DNA from: a virus
Length of the DNA: 64,000 bases
Direction: 5' to 3' (one strand)
Virus record (IMG/VR): IMGVR_UViG_3300045988_140747
Positions 8,318-15,875 of this stretch are shown here, piece after piece (position 1 is the stretch's first letter; every line of letters starts with the position of its first letter). Under the pieces are notes generated by a model. That model was not told the DNA's origin. It ran no database searches and saw only the letters and a program-made list of their open reading frames with translations. Both the position numbers and the translations under genes were made by a program.

Positions 8318-8836
8318 ATGAACGAAGCAAAGATTTTCAAATTTTCCGGGTACGCGGTCGATTCGATTGATCCGTACTCAAAAGATCAGGTTAAGGATAG
8401 CCTTTACGACTGGGCTGACGATCAGTCTTTCCAGTTCCTGCAGCATGTACATGTCGAGGAGGCTGTGTTGCAAGATGATGATCTGGATGATCTGAGCGTC
8501 AAGAACTGCGACTTGTCGCACTGCGAGAAACATTTTCAAAAGCAAGCAAGCGCAGCTGAGTATGACCGGCCCATTCCTAAGCCGGGCGAGCACTGGATGC
8601 ACTTCAAGGCAGGAAAGATGGTCGAGATCGTTGCGGTCAGCCGATGCAGCGAAAGCCCCGATTCTTTCAGCGTGATCTATCGAGATCCAAACGGCATCGT
8701 GTGGGACCGCCCTCTTGATATGTTTATGAGTGAAGTGGATCGCGAGAAATATCCGAATGCTCTCACGAAATACCGTTTCGAGAAAGTTGTTGCAAGCTAT
8801 ACGGCGTATTCTGATACCGTTGAACACTACGAATAA
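8318..8836 (+). CDS. DUF1653-domain protein
   Basis: C-terminal HFKAGKMVEIVAVSRCSESPDSFSVIYRDPNGIVWDRPLDMFMSEV matches the DUF1653 pattern. Confidence 0.55.
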   Translation: MNEAKIFKFSGYAVDSIDPYSKDQVKDSLYDWADDQSFQFLQHVHVEEAVLQDDDLDDLSVKNCDLSHCEKHFQKQASAAEYDRPIPKPGEHWMHFKAGKMVEIVAVSRCSESPDSFSVIYRDPNGIVWDRPLDMFMSEVDREKYPNALTKYRFEKVVASYTAYSDTVEHYE

Positions 8837-8846
8837 GGAGGATCGC

Positions 8847-9119
8847 ATGAAAACCATTTTTTACCCGGCTATCTTTCACCCGGAAACAACAGGCTATTCC
8901 GTTTCCGTCCCTGATATTGAAGGCTGCTTCACTCAGGGAGAGAACATGGAAGATGCCATGTCTATGGCAAAAGAGGCTGTTAGCCTTATGCTCGAAGAGG
9001 CGAGCATATTTCCAAAACCGTCACTCGCCGCTACGATTCGGCTCCACCGTGGAGACTTCATTTCCATGATCCCATTTGAGCCAAAGGATGCTAAAGCTAA
9101 AGGAGATTCTCTGCGATGA
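8847..9119 (+). CDS. HicB-like (UPF0150) antitoxin-fold protein, no adjacent HicA
   Basis: MKTIFYPAIFHPETTGYSVSVPDIEGCFTQGENMEDAMSMAKEAVSLMLE is a typical HicB N-terminal domain. AGGAGG RBS. Confidence 0.6.
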   Translation: MKTIFYPAIFHPETTGYSVSVPDIEGCFTQGENMEDAMSMAKEAVSLMLEEASIFPKPSLAATIRLHRGDFISMIPFEPKDAKAKGDSLR

Positions 9120-9415
9120 ATGAAAAAATTGTCGGCCTTTTCAAGTGCCGTAACTGTGGGTCAATCTTTAATGAAAAAGTGGAAGTGACGCAGTCTGTAA
9201 GTTGGGCAATCAAAGACATGTCCAAGGAAGTTGAATATACCACGACCGCGGCATTCCACGGAACTTCTCTCCCGGGGCGCTTTATCATTCACCGGTGCAA
9301 AAAAGGATGGTTCTGCATTTGCGACCTTGTTGGATGGAAGATTGGAGAGGAGGCGCAGGACGGTTGTGAATTTGGATGGAATATTGGAGAGGAGACGCAG
9401 GACGGTGGTGAATGA
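9116..9415 (+). CDS. Hypothetical zinc-ribbon protein with duplicated C-terminal 14-aa unit
   Basis: CRNCGS...HRC. The C-terminus GWKIGEEAQDGCEF/GWNIGEETQDGGE is encoded by the 42-bp tandem repeat. Confidence 0.45.
   Translation: MNEKIVGLFKCRNCGSIFNEKVEVTQSVSWAIKDMSKEVEYTTTAAFHGTSLPGRFIIHRCKKGWFCICDLVGWKIGEEAQDGCEFGWNIGEETQDGGE
9329..9412 (+). repeat. Tandem direct repeat, 2 x 42 bp
   Basis: gttggatggaagattggagaggaggcgcaggacggttgtgaa / tttggatggaatattggagaggagacgcaggacggtggtgaa, with about 36/42 identical positions. Confidence 0.9.
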
Positions 9416-9758
9416 GGTTAGGCCTGTAGATGCCAATGAGCTGCTGAAGCAGTCTGTCTACTGTAAAGGCGAGGACGGGACTATGTTTTATGCTGTACCC
9501 GCTAGTTCTATTATCAAAGCTTCAACACTGACACCGAAATACATATGGAACACACCAGACAAGAAGCCAACCGAGGCGGATGTTGATCGAAGCGGTTACG
9601 TTTTGGCAATCCACAAGAACGATACCCATATTGAGAGGTGGCTCGCATACATAGTTGCGGAGCACCCGGAAAAATTTTATTGCTGGTATCCGTTGCCGGA
9701 GCCCAAACTGGAGGTTTTCGATCATGAGCAAAATGAAAAAGCTGATTCTTGCAGATGA
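9405..9758 (+). CDS. DUF551-like protein (start uncertain)
   Basis: The frame is open from 9231. Candidate starts are GTG 9405/9408 inside the repeat, or ATG 9483. C-terminal YIWNTPDKKP...VLAIHKND...FYCWYPLPEP. Confidence 0.4.
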   Translation: MVNEVRPVDANELLKQSVYCKGEDGTMFYAVPASSIIKASTLTPKYIWNTPDKKPTEADVDRSGYVLAIHKNDTHIERWLAYIVAEHPEKFYCWYPLPEPKLEVFDHEQNEKADSCR

Positions 9759-10149
9759 CCTGTACGACAAGGTCTCAAGCATGGGTTTGCAGAATGGCTC
9801 TGCTCTTGGTCATCACAGCGGCACCGCTGATGTCATTGCGGAGATGATTTGGCGTGCCCCTGCTGTTGACCCTGCAAGCTGCCTGAACTGGCACACCGGA
9901 ATGCCGCCCGAGCATGATTCTCAATCAGCAAAGCTGAAAGGAACAGAAAAGTGGCATCCATGGATGTTTGAAAAAATATCCGACAAGGTTCTTGTGACCA
10001 TTGAAGATGCAGAAGGCAATCGATGCACCGATGTGTCGCAGACGTTTGACGGGAAATGGAAGGGGTACTACCAGATGGATGCTTTGAAACTCAAAATCGT
10101 TGCATGGACCGAATTTCCATCACCTGCAAAGGAGGCCGACAATGACTGA
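9724..10149 (+). CDS. DUF551-like protein
   Basis: WHTGMPPE...KVLVTIED...IVAWTEFPSP; the ATG overlaps the upstream gene end. Confidence 0.45.
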   Translation: MSKMKKLILADDLYDKVSSMGLQNGSALGHHSGTADVIAEMIWRAPAVDPASCLNWHTGMPPEHDSQSAKLKGTEKWHPWMFEKISDKVLVTIEDAEGNRCTDVSQTFDGKWKGYYQMDALKLKIVAWTEFPSPAKEADND

Positions 10150-10426
10150 AATAGAAAAGCTGGATGCCGCTCTTACCGAAATGAACATCGGCCACGAGCA
10201 CGTCATTCAGCCTATTGGTGGTGGCGATATGATAATCGCTTACGGTGGAAGATTCGGAACAAAGTATCTGTTTGACGCGATCTGCAATGAATTTTCATAC
10301 GGCGGAAGGCAGGGCCTTTTGGAAGTCATGGGCAAATGGCTTATCGGAAACAGGGATGTTATGGGGGGGCTCACTGCCGATGAGGTCGTCAAACTCATCA
10401 ACAAGAAGTTGGAGGAAAAGAAATGA
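10142..10426 (+). CDS. Hypothetical protein (94 aa)
   Basis: ATGA overlap; RBS AGGAGG. Confidence 0.45.
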   Translation: MTEIEKLDAALTEMNIGHEHVIQPIGGGDMIIAYGGRFGTKYLFDAICNEFSYGGRQGLLEVMGKWLIGNRDVMGGLTADEVVKLINKKLEEKK

Positions 10427-10674
10427 CAGAAAAGATATATGGGCTCACTGAAAAAAGGCGAGGACTCTACGAAGTTCCCATCGAATATACAAAGCGAGGG
10501 AAGATGATAGTTCATGCTGATTCTTATGAAGAGGCCATCCAGAATGCGCTGGATCCGATGTCTGGATCACTTCCGGTTGATGATGAGGTTGTAATGGGGA
10601 GCCTACACATTCCGTTCGAAAAGGAAAATGCTCCATTACACATCAGATTCAAAGAATTGCCAAAATGGCTATGA
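10423..10674 (+). CDS. Hypothetical protein (83 aa)
   Basis: ATGA overlap with the upstream gene. Confidence 0.45.
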   Translation: MTEKIYGLTEKRRGLYEVPIEYTKRGKMIVHADSYEEAIQNALDPMSGSLPVDDEVVMGSLHIPFEKENAPLHIRFKELPKWL

Positions 10675-10894
10675 GATGCAACAGCTGCATTTTGTATCGC
10701 AAACCATTGCTTTCGTGCATTTTGCATAAAAAATCATATAATCGCATAAAAAGTCATTGTAGTACATTATCGACCTATGGTATCCTGTATCCTGTCAAGA
10801 ATGAGCGAGAGGCAAACAGCATCTTGCGATTTCCGATCGGCAACAGCAGGAAACCGATCCGACATGTTCCCGACATTTTGCCGGGAACATTCAT

Positions 10895-10970
10895 GCAGCT
10901 GTAGTTCAATTGGCAGAGCATCGGATTTCCAATCCGAGTGTTGCGGGTTCGATCCCCGTCAGCTGCTCCA
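10895..10970 (+). tRNA. tRNA-Gly (anticodon TCC), CCA encoded
   Basis: Acceptor gcagctg/cagctgc, anticodon stem tcgga/tccga with loop ttTCCaa, T arm gcggg-ttcgatc-cccgt. Confidence 0.85.
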
Positions 10971-11397
10971 CCTGCGTAATGCAGGCCATGAATTGACCAA
11001 CCTTCACACTGCCATGCTCGGCTCTCCATCACGGTGGAGCGGCAGGCTGCAAGCCGAGCGCTTTATATGCGGATAATGGATGCCTTAAATGCGAGGCCCG
11101 GTTCGATACCGGAAATCCGCGCGAAAGGGGTGGATGAGATGCTGGAGCTATATTATGTGAAAGGCACTGACCTTGTATACGTCCGTCTCATCTGTCCGAA
11201 AGTGCGATCGATTTCGGCTAAAGGCAACGGAATCCACTCCAATCGTATCAACCGTTCAGCAAAGGCTGAGACTGGAGGCGGAGGTTGTAGATACTCTAGG
11301 GGCCGACCTGCAACTCGGTTTGAAAGCGGATGTTAAGTAAAGTGGAAGATTATCATTCCCATTGCTGCTGATACCAGCTGATAGTCTTCCACTTTTA
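10971..11397 (+). ncRNA. Candidate structured non-coding RNA, unclassified, ending in a 15-bp terminator-like hairpin
   Basis: No credible ORF. Hairpins and helices seen: cctgc-gtaat-gcagg, nested gctcggc...gccgagc, a T-arm/acceptor-like fragment ccgg-ttcgata-ccgg + tccgc (about 11069-11116), and a long-range 9-bp helix 11127-11135/11232-11240. The terminal hairpin is 11341-11355/11379-11393 followed by TTTT. Confidence 0.35.
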
Positions 11398-11400
11398 TAA

Positions 11401-11486
11401 GGGCGTGTAGCTCAGAAGGTAGAGCACGCGTGAGTCCAAAAGGTCTCCGCCAGAAGAAGTCGTCGGTTCGATTCCGACCACGCCAA
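11401..11486 (+). ncRNA. tRNA-like RNA without an anticodon loop (pseudo-tRNA or tRNA mimic)
   Basis: Canonical acceptor (gggcgtg/cacgcc), D arm (gctc-agaaggta-gagc) and T arm (gtcgg-ttcgatt-ccgac). The anticodon-arm position is occupied by a closed hairpin GCG(t)GAG-t-CC-aaaa-GG-t-CTCCGC. No CCA is encoded. Confidence 0.45.
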
Positions 11487-11590
11487 GACCGAAAGTATTG
11501 AAAGATCATGTGTGGTGCGCAACATACGCGGTCTGGAGACACATAGTAGGCAACAAGGCTCGTGTTAGGTACAAGCACGGGTCAAATGCA

Positions 11591-11624
11591 AGAGAGCTGA
11601 AGACGTTCAGCTCTCTTTCTTTAT
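11591..11624 (+). terminator. Rho-independent terminator
   Basis: 11-bp stem agagagctgaa/ttcagctctct, loop gacg, then TTCTTT. Confidence 0.7.
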
Positions 11625-11714
11625 GCAGTCGTACTCAAGTCTGGTTTAAGAGGGCTGTTTTGAAAACAGCTAGGTGGGTAACACGCGCGGGTTCGAATCC
11701 TGCCGGCTGCGCCA
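11625..11714 (+). tRNA. tRNA-Ser (anticodon TGA), type II, CCA encoded
   Basis: Acceptor gcagtcg/cggctgc, anticodon stem gctgt/acagc with loop ttTGAaa, long variable arm taggtgggtaacacgc, T arm gcggg-ttcgaat-cctgc. Confidence 0.8.
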
Positions 11715-11743
11715 TGAAAATAAAAATGAAGGAAGGCCATTTT

Positions 11744-12418
11744 ATGAAAGTTGAAAGACCCAGTTATCAAATCCTTACTGAGATCTCAAAAGACGGCATC
11801 GAAGAGCTGCAGCGAATTGAACGCGTAGCACGAGTCTGCTATAAGAGCGAGGATAAGATCGTCCCGGATGGCTCATCGGCGAAGAAGCTGGTGAGCTTTC
11901 TTATTAAGCAGGAGCATGAGGCCATGCTGGAGCACTCCCAGCTGTCTGTGCTGTTCACCTGTGACAGGGCCATTGCAAATGAACTGGTACGTCACCGCAT
12001 TGCATCCTTCGCGCAGGAGAGCACCCGCTACTGCAACTATGCAGGGGAGAAATTCGGATGGGAGACTACGGTTATCAAACCGTACTACATTCCCGGCGAT
12101 GGGTCTGACGCATATAAAGCTTGGTTCGATGCCTGCTGGGAAGCAGAGCAAAGCTATCTGAAGCTCATTCGGAGTGGTCTTCGTCCTGAACAAGCACGCT
12201 GCGTATTGCCGTTGTGCCTGAAGACAGAGATCGTGGTGACTGCCAACTACCGTGAGTGGCGTAACATTTTCAAATTGCGTACACATATCGCCGCTCACCC
12301 TCAGATGCGCCAGCTTATGTGCCCGCTTCTTCTCGAGCTGCAGAAGAAGATCCCGGTTGTGTTTGATGATATCTACACCTACTGGCCGAATGATGACCAG
12401 ACCGGTAAGAAAGCTTAA
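11744..12418 (+). CDS. thyX: Flavin-dependent thymidylate synthase ThyX
   Basis: ThyX signature RHRIASFAQESTRY (RHRxxSxxxxSxRY). ATG 11744 follows GAAGGAAGG. The upstream part of the track ORF runs through tRNA-Ser. Confidence 0.85.
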   Translation: MKVERPSYQILTEISKDGIEELQRIERVARVCYKSEDKIVPDGSSAKKLVSFLIKQEHEAMLEHSQLSVLFTCDRAIANELVRHRIASFAQESTRYCNYAGEKFGWETTVIKPYYIPGDGSDAYKAWFDACWEAEQSYLKLIRSGLRPEQARCVLPLCLKTEIVVTANYREWRNIFKLRTHIAAHPQMRQLMCPLLLELQKKIPVVFDDIYTYWPNDDQTGKKA

Positions 12419-12444
12419 CCCAAAGCCGTGGAAACACGGCACAT

Positions 12445-12534
12445 CGAGGATTCGCCAAGATGGTAATGCAGCGGAATTTGACTCCGCCAGTGCTGAATAA
12501 GCGATCGCAGGTTCGAGCCCTGCATCCTCGGCCA
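12445..12534 (+). tRNA. Atypical tRNA, anticodon TTG (Gln) with a 19-nt variable region
   Basis: Acceptor cgaggat/atcctcg, Gln-like D arm tcgccaagatggtaatgca, anticodon stem gcgga/tccgc with loop atTTGac, extra segment cagtgctgaataagcgatc, T arm gcagg-ttcgagc-cctgc, G73 and CCA. Confidence 0.5.
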
Positions 12535-12557
12535 TAAAAGCAATCTGGAGGTCGTTC

Positions 12558-13187
12558 ATGGAAAGCAAAGAACAGCTGGTGATTTTCGGTGCCGGCCAGC
12601 AGGGGCGCGTATGTAAGCGCCTTGCCATTGAAAACGGTTATGATGTGGCAGCATTCATTGATGACTTTGCCGCAGGATTAGTAGAGGATGTCCCCGTTTA
12701 TCAAACCATCTATGATATCCCGGACTTCCGAAAATACAAATATTTCGTTGCCATTGGGGATGTCAAGGCAAGACGGAAGTTCGTTGACCAGATCTACTCT
12801 CAGAAACTTGAATCTGTCAATTTGATCGACAAAGCCGCCTATATCGAAGATGGAGCGCAGCTCGGTACAGGAAACTACATCTGCAAGCTTGCGATCATCT
12901 ACGCATCTGCAAAGATCGGAAGCCACAACATTATCAACTGTAAGGCAGTTCTCGCCACGGATACGGTGGTAGGCACCAACAATAACATCTCAATGGGATG
13001 CAACCTATGCGGAAGCGTCCGTGTCGGGAACAACTGCTACATAGGATGTCAGGCGTCCATTGTGAGCGAACGAACTATTGGAAACGGCTCTACTGTCGCA
13101 GCTGGCGCTGTTGTCCTGAAGAATGTCCCTGAGAATTCTTTCGTTGCTGGTGTACCTGCCATTCCGAAGGAGAGGAAAAGACGATGA
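12558..13187 (+). CDS. NeuD/PglD-family sugar O/N-acetyltransferase (hexapeptide-repeat), copy 1
   Basis: N-terminal LVIFGAGQQGR Rossmann-like domain followed by left-handed beta-helix repeats (IGSHNIINCKAVLATDTVVGTNNNISMG...). Confidence 0.7.
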   Translation: MESKEQLVIFGAGQQGRVCKRLAIENGYDVAAFIDDFAAGLVEDVPVYQTIYDIPDFRKYKYFVAIGDVKARRKFVDQIYSQKLESVNLIDKAAYIEDGAQLGTGNYICKLAIIYASAKIGSHNIINCKAVLATDTVVGTNNNISMGCNLCGSVRVGNNCYIGCQASIVSERTIGNGSTVAAGAVVLKNVPENSFVAGVPAIPKERKRR

Positions 13188-13846
13188 AAGTTCTTGTTAT
13201 CGCACCTCACCCTGATGACGAGATTCTCGGTGTTGGCGGAACGATAGCAAAAAGGGCTGCTGTCGGCGATGAAGTTACCGTGTGCATCTGTACAAAGGGC
13301 GTACACCCTATGTTCGATCAAAAGATTATTAAAGCTGGACGTGATGAAGCCAGAAAGGCTCACACATACCTTGGTGTCTCAGAAACCATATTTCTGGATC
13401 TTCCTGCTGCAGAGCTTGATAGTCTGCCTATGACTGATATCGTGGGAAGGCTCGAGAATGTGGTTTGCGAAACACGTCCAGATGAGATTTTCATTCCTCA
13501 TCATGGTGACATCCACAATGACCATAAGGCTATCTCTGCTGCCGCGATGGTTGCTTTGAGGCCGAAACGGTTCAAGAAGCCTGTTCGCATTCTCAGCTAT
13601 GAGGTTCCGTCTGAGACAGGATGGGATACTCCTACTCCAGAAAATGCATTTAGCCCGAATGTATATGAGGATATCACCGACACAATCGGAAAGAAGCTCG
13701 ACGCTGTTCTTATATACAGATCGCAAGCTGAACAGTGGCCGGGCGCTCGTTCCGCGGGCGCTGTTGAAGCTCTTGCAAAATATCGGGGATCTACCGTCTG
13801 CATCCCTTACGCCGAGGCATTTCAGCTTGTAAGGCAGACACTGTGA
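13184..13846 (+). CDS. PIG-L/LmbE-family de-N-acetylase
   Basis: VLVIAPHPDDEILGVGGTI and the HGDIHNDH metal-site motifs. Confidence 0.75.
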   Translation: MKVLVIAPHPDDEILGVGGTIAKRAAVGDEVTVCICTKGVHPMFDQKIIKAGRDEARKAHTYLGVSETIFLDLPAAELDSLPMTDIVGRLENVVCETRPDEIFIPHHGDIHNDHKAISAAAMVALRPKRFKKPVRILSYEVPSETGWDTPTPENAFSPNVYEDITDTIGKKLDAVLIYRSQAEQWPGARSAGAVEALAKYRGSTVCIPYAEAFQLVRQTL

Positions 13847-13873
13847 CCAACATCTAAAGAAGAGGGTTCGTCA

Positions 13874-14527
13874 ATGGAAAAACGAATTGAAGTTTGCAAG
13901 ATGAGAGCTGGAGATATCAAAACCGGCTTCGGGAATCCCAGAAAGATCAGCAACAAAAAAATGGATGAGCTCGAGCAGAGCATGAGCACCTTCGGAGATT
14001 TCGGGATTTTCCTCATCGACGAAAAGAACAACGTCATCGGCGGAAACCAGCGGTTGAAAGTTGTCAAGAAGCTTTATGGCGAAGATGCCATGATTGATTG
14101 CAAACGGCTCATCGGATATTCTCAATCCGAGCTCAAGGCGATCAACATCAAGGACAACACACACTCTGGTGAATGGGACCTTGACTTGTTGGCTGACTGG
14201 ACTTCTGAACTCGTCATGGACTTCAGCGTTGAGGCCGAGGAGAAGAAGCAGATCGAAGAGCGCGAGATCCCGGAGATGGAGCTTATCCACTACGAAAAGT
14301 ACGATTATGTCATGATCGTATGCAACAACGAGCTGGATTACAACAATCTGGTGAGAGCACTTGGCATCGAAGGCAAGAAAGTTCGGATTTCCAAACGCAA
14401 GATCAACGCGCGTGCGGTCTGGTATCACAAGATGAAGGCGAAGGTCATTCCTTACGATGAACTTCCTGAAGAACTTCTTGATGATTCTGACATCAAGGCA
14501 AGGGATGGCGGTGGCGAAGATGAGTAA
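13874..14527 (+). CDS. ParB/Srx-like N-terminal-domain protein
   Basis: GFGNPRKIS (box I-like) and VIGGNQRLKV (GxxR box II-like). Embedded between sugar-modifying enzyme genes. Confidence 0.5.
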   Translation: MEKRIEVCKMRAGDIKTGFGNPRKISNKKMDELEQSMSTFGDFGIFLIDEKNNVIGGNQRLKVVKKLYGEDAMIDCKRLIGYSQSELKAINIKDNTHSGEWDLDLLADWTSELVMDFSVEAEEKKQIEEREIPEMELIHYEKYDYVMIVCNNELDYNNLVRALGIEGKKVRISKRKINARAVWYHKMKAKVIPYDELPEELLDDSDIKARDGGGEDE

Positions 14528-15143
14528 CAATACTCTCGTTATCCTTGGTGCCGGCCAGCAGGGAAGAAACTGCCATAGACTGGCTCCCATCAACGGTTAT
14601 CAAACGGTTGCCTTCGTCGATGATTTCATCACTGACCCAGTGGAAGACATCCGGGTGTATAGCAAGATCGAAGATATTCCGGATTTCATGGATCATAAGT
14701 ACATCGTTGCTGTTGGGGATCTTGCGGTCAGAAAAAAGTTCATTGAGCAGATCAATCTGCTTGGCCTTGAGTGCGCAAACCTGATTGATCCCACCGCTGA
14801 TATCGAACCCGGAGCCAAGATTGGAACTGGCAACTACATCTACAAGTTCGCCAGCGTGTATGCTTCGGCCACAATCGGAGACCACAACATTATCAATTGC
14901 AAAGCTGTACTTGCTACCGACAGCGTTATTGGCAACAACTGCAATATCTGCATGGGAAGCAACATCTGTGGCGCGGTTCATGTAGGAGACAATAGCTATA
15001 TTGGGTACAACGCAACGGTCGTCAGCGGGAACAACGTGGGGGCGAACGCCACAGTGGAGGCTGGATCTGTGGTTATGGAGGATGTGCCGGACTGGCTCCG
15101 CGTTTCTGGTATTCCGGCTCGAGACGCCGAAGAACTGTGGTAA
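14520..15143 (+). CDS. NeuD/PglD-family acetyltransferase, copy 2 (paralog of 12558-13187)
   Basis: LVILGAGQQGR plus hexapeptide repeats. Roughly half the residues are identical to copy 1 by eye. Confidence 0.7.
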   Translation: MSNNTLVILGAGQQGRNCHRLAPINGYQTVAFVDDFITDPVEDIRVYSKIEDIPDFMDHKYIVAVGDLAVRKKFIEQINLLGLECANLIDPTADIEPGAKIGTGNYIYKFASVYASATIGDHNIINCKAVLATDSVIGNNCNICMGSNICGAVHVGDNSYIGYNATVVSGNNVGANATVEAGSVVMEDVPDWLRVSGIPARDAEELW

Positions 15144-15158
15144 ACGTAGAGGTGTAAT

Positions 15159-15875
15159 ATGGAAAAGCCAGATATTTTCGGAATCTACATTCCGAGCTAT
15201 AAGAGATCTGATACGATTACCACTCATAAGCTTCTCGAATACTACAAGGTTGTTATTCGCCAGAGCGAATATGAAGACTACCTCAAGACCATCCCTGCAG
15301 AAAACATCATTGCCGTTCAGGACGATCTTATCGATAGCGTTCCGAAGGTGTGGAACTGGATCATCGACAATGCAGAGGAGGACTACTTCTGCATTATCGG
15401 TGATGATGTTCCAAGGTTCTACTACCGGCTTGAGAAGAGCGAGGCCATCACAGATCCTGAGATTATCACTTCTGAGATAGAGCGAATCGGCCAGCTTATG
15501 ATCGATCTCAATATCGGATGGGGATGTGATGATGCCACCAACGTGCCTTGGGGATACGATGCTGAGTTCACGTTCAAGGGGACTACCGGCGGAATCAACT
15601 GGATTAACAGGAAGAAGCTCAAGGGAAGGTTCAATGCGGAAATCGGATACTGCTGCGATACCGATGTCGTTATGCAGGAACTTCTGGTAAACCGGATTAT
15701 TCTCAAACCCAAGTATTTGTGTCCCGGCGGTGGAGCTGACAAAAACAAAGGCGGCAACTCAAAGAAGAGCCGAGAGAGTATGATTGCCAGCTTCGAACTT
15801 ATGAAAACGAAGTGGGGCAAGTATTTCGACTACGACCTGAAGACCAACAAGATCTATGTGAGGGTTCCGCGATGA
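15159..15875 (+). CDS. Putative GT-A-like glycosyltransferase
   Basis: N-terminal beta-strand motif GIYIPSYKRSD and a DxD-like CIIGDDV about 80 aa later. No closer family recognised. Confidence 0.35.
   Translation: MEKPDIFGIYIPSYKRSDTITTHKLLEYYKVVIRQSEYEDYLKTIPAENIIAVQDDLIDSVPKVWNWIIDNAEEDYFCIIGDDVPRFYYRLEKSEAITDPEIITSEIERIGQLMIDLNIGWGCDDATNVPWGYDAEFTFKGTTGGINWINRKKLKGRFNAEIGYCCDTDVVMQELLVNRIILKPKYLCPGGGADKNKGGNSKKSRESMIASFELMKTKWGKYFDYDLKTNKIYVRVPR

Noticed and set aside
9329-9412. Possible CRISPR-like or att repeat.
   Set aside because: There are only two directly adjacent copies, no spacers, and the repeat is fully coding.
10700-10760. TATAAT box at 10737-10742, considered as the promoter of the tRNA island.
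   Set aside because: No acceptable -35 hexamer lies at 16-18 nt spacing (TTGCAT is only 9 nt away), so the call is not supportable by eye.
11069-11116. The T-arm/acceptor fragment, considered as a prophage att core (the 3' end of a tRNA duplicated by integration).
   Set aside because: It lies in the middle of the phage gene map, not at an end. No integrase is present and no second copy is seen in the window. It was kept only as part of the structured-RNA candidate.
11034-11743. Track ORFs 11034-11336 and the upstream third of 11498-12418 as protein-coding genes.
   Set aside because: They translate straight through tRNA or tRNA-like sequences (RPGSIPE, GSNPAGCA and similar) and through terminators. 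ThyX has its own RBS and ATG at 11744.
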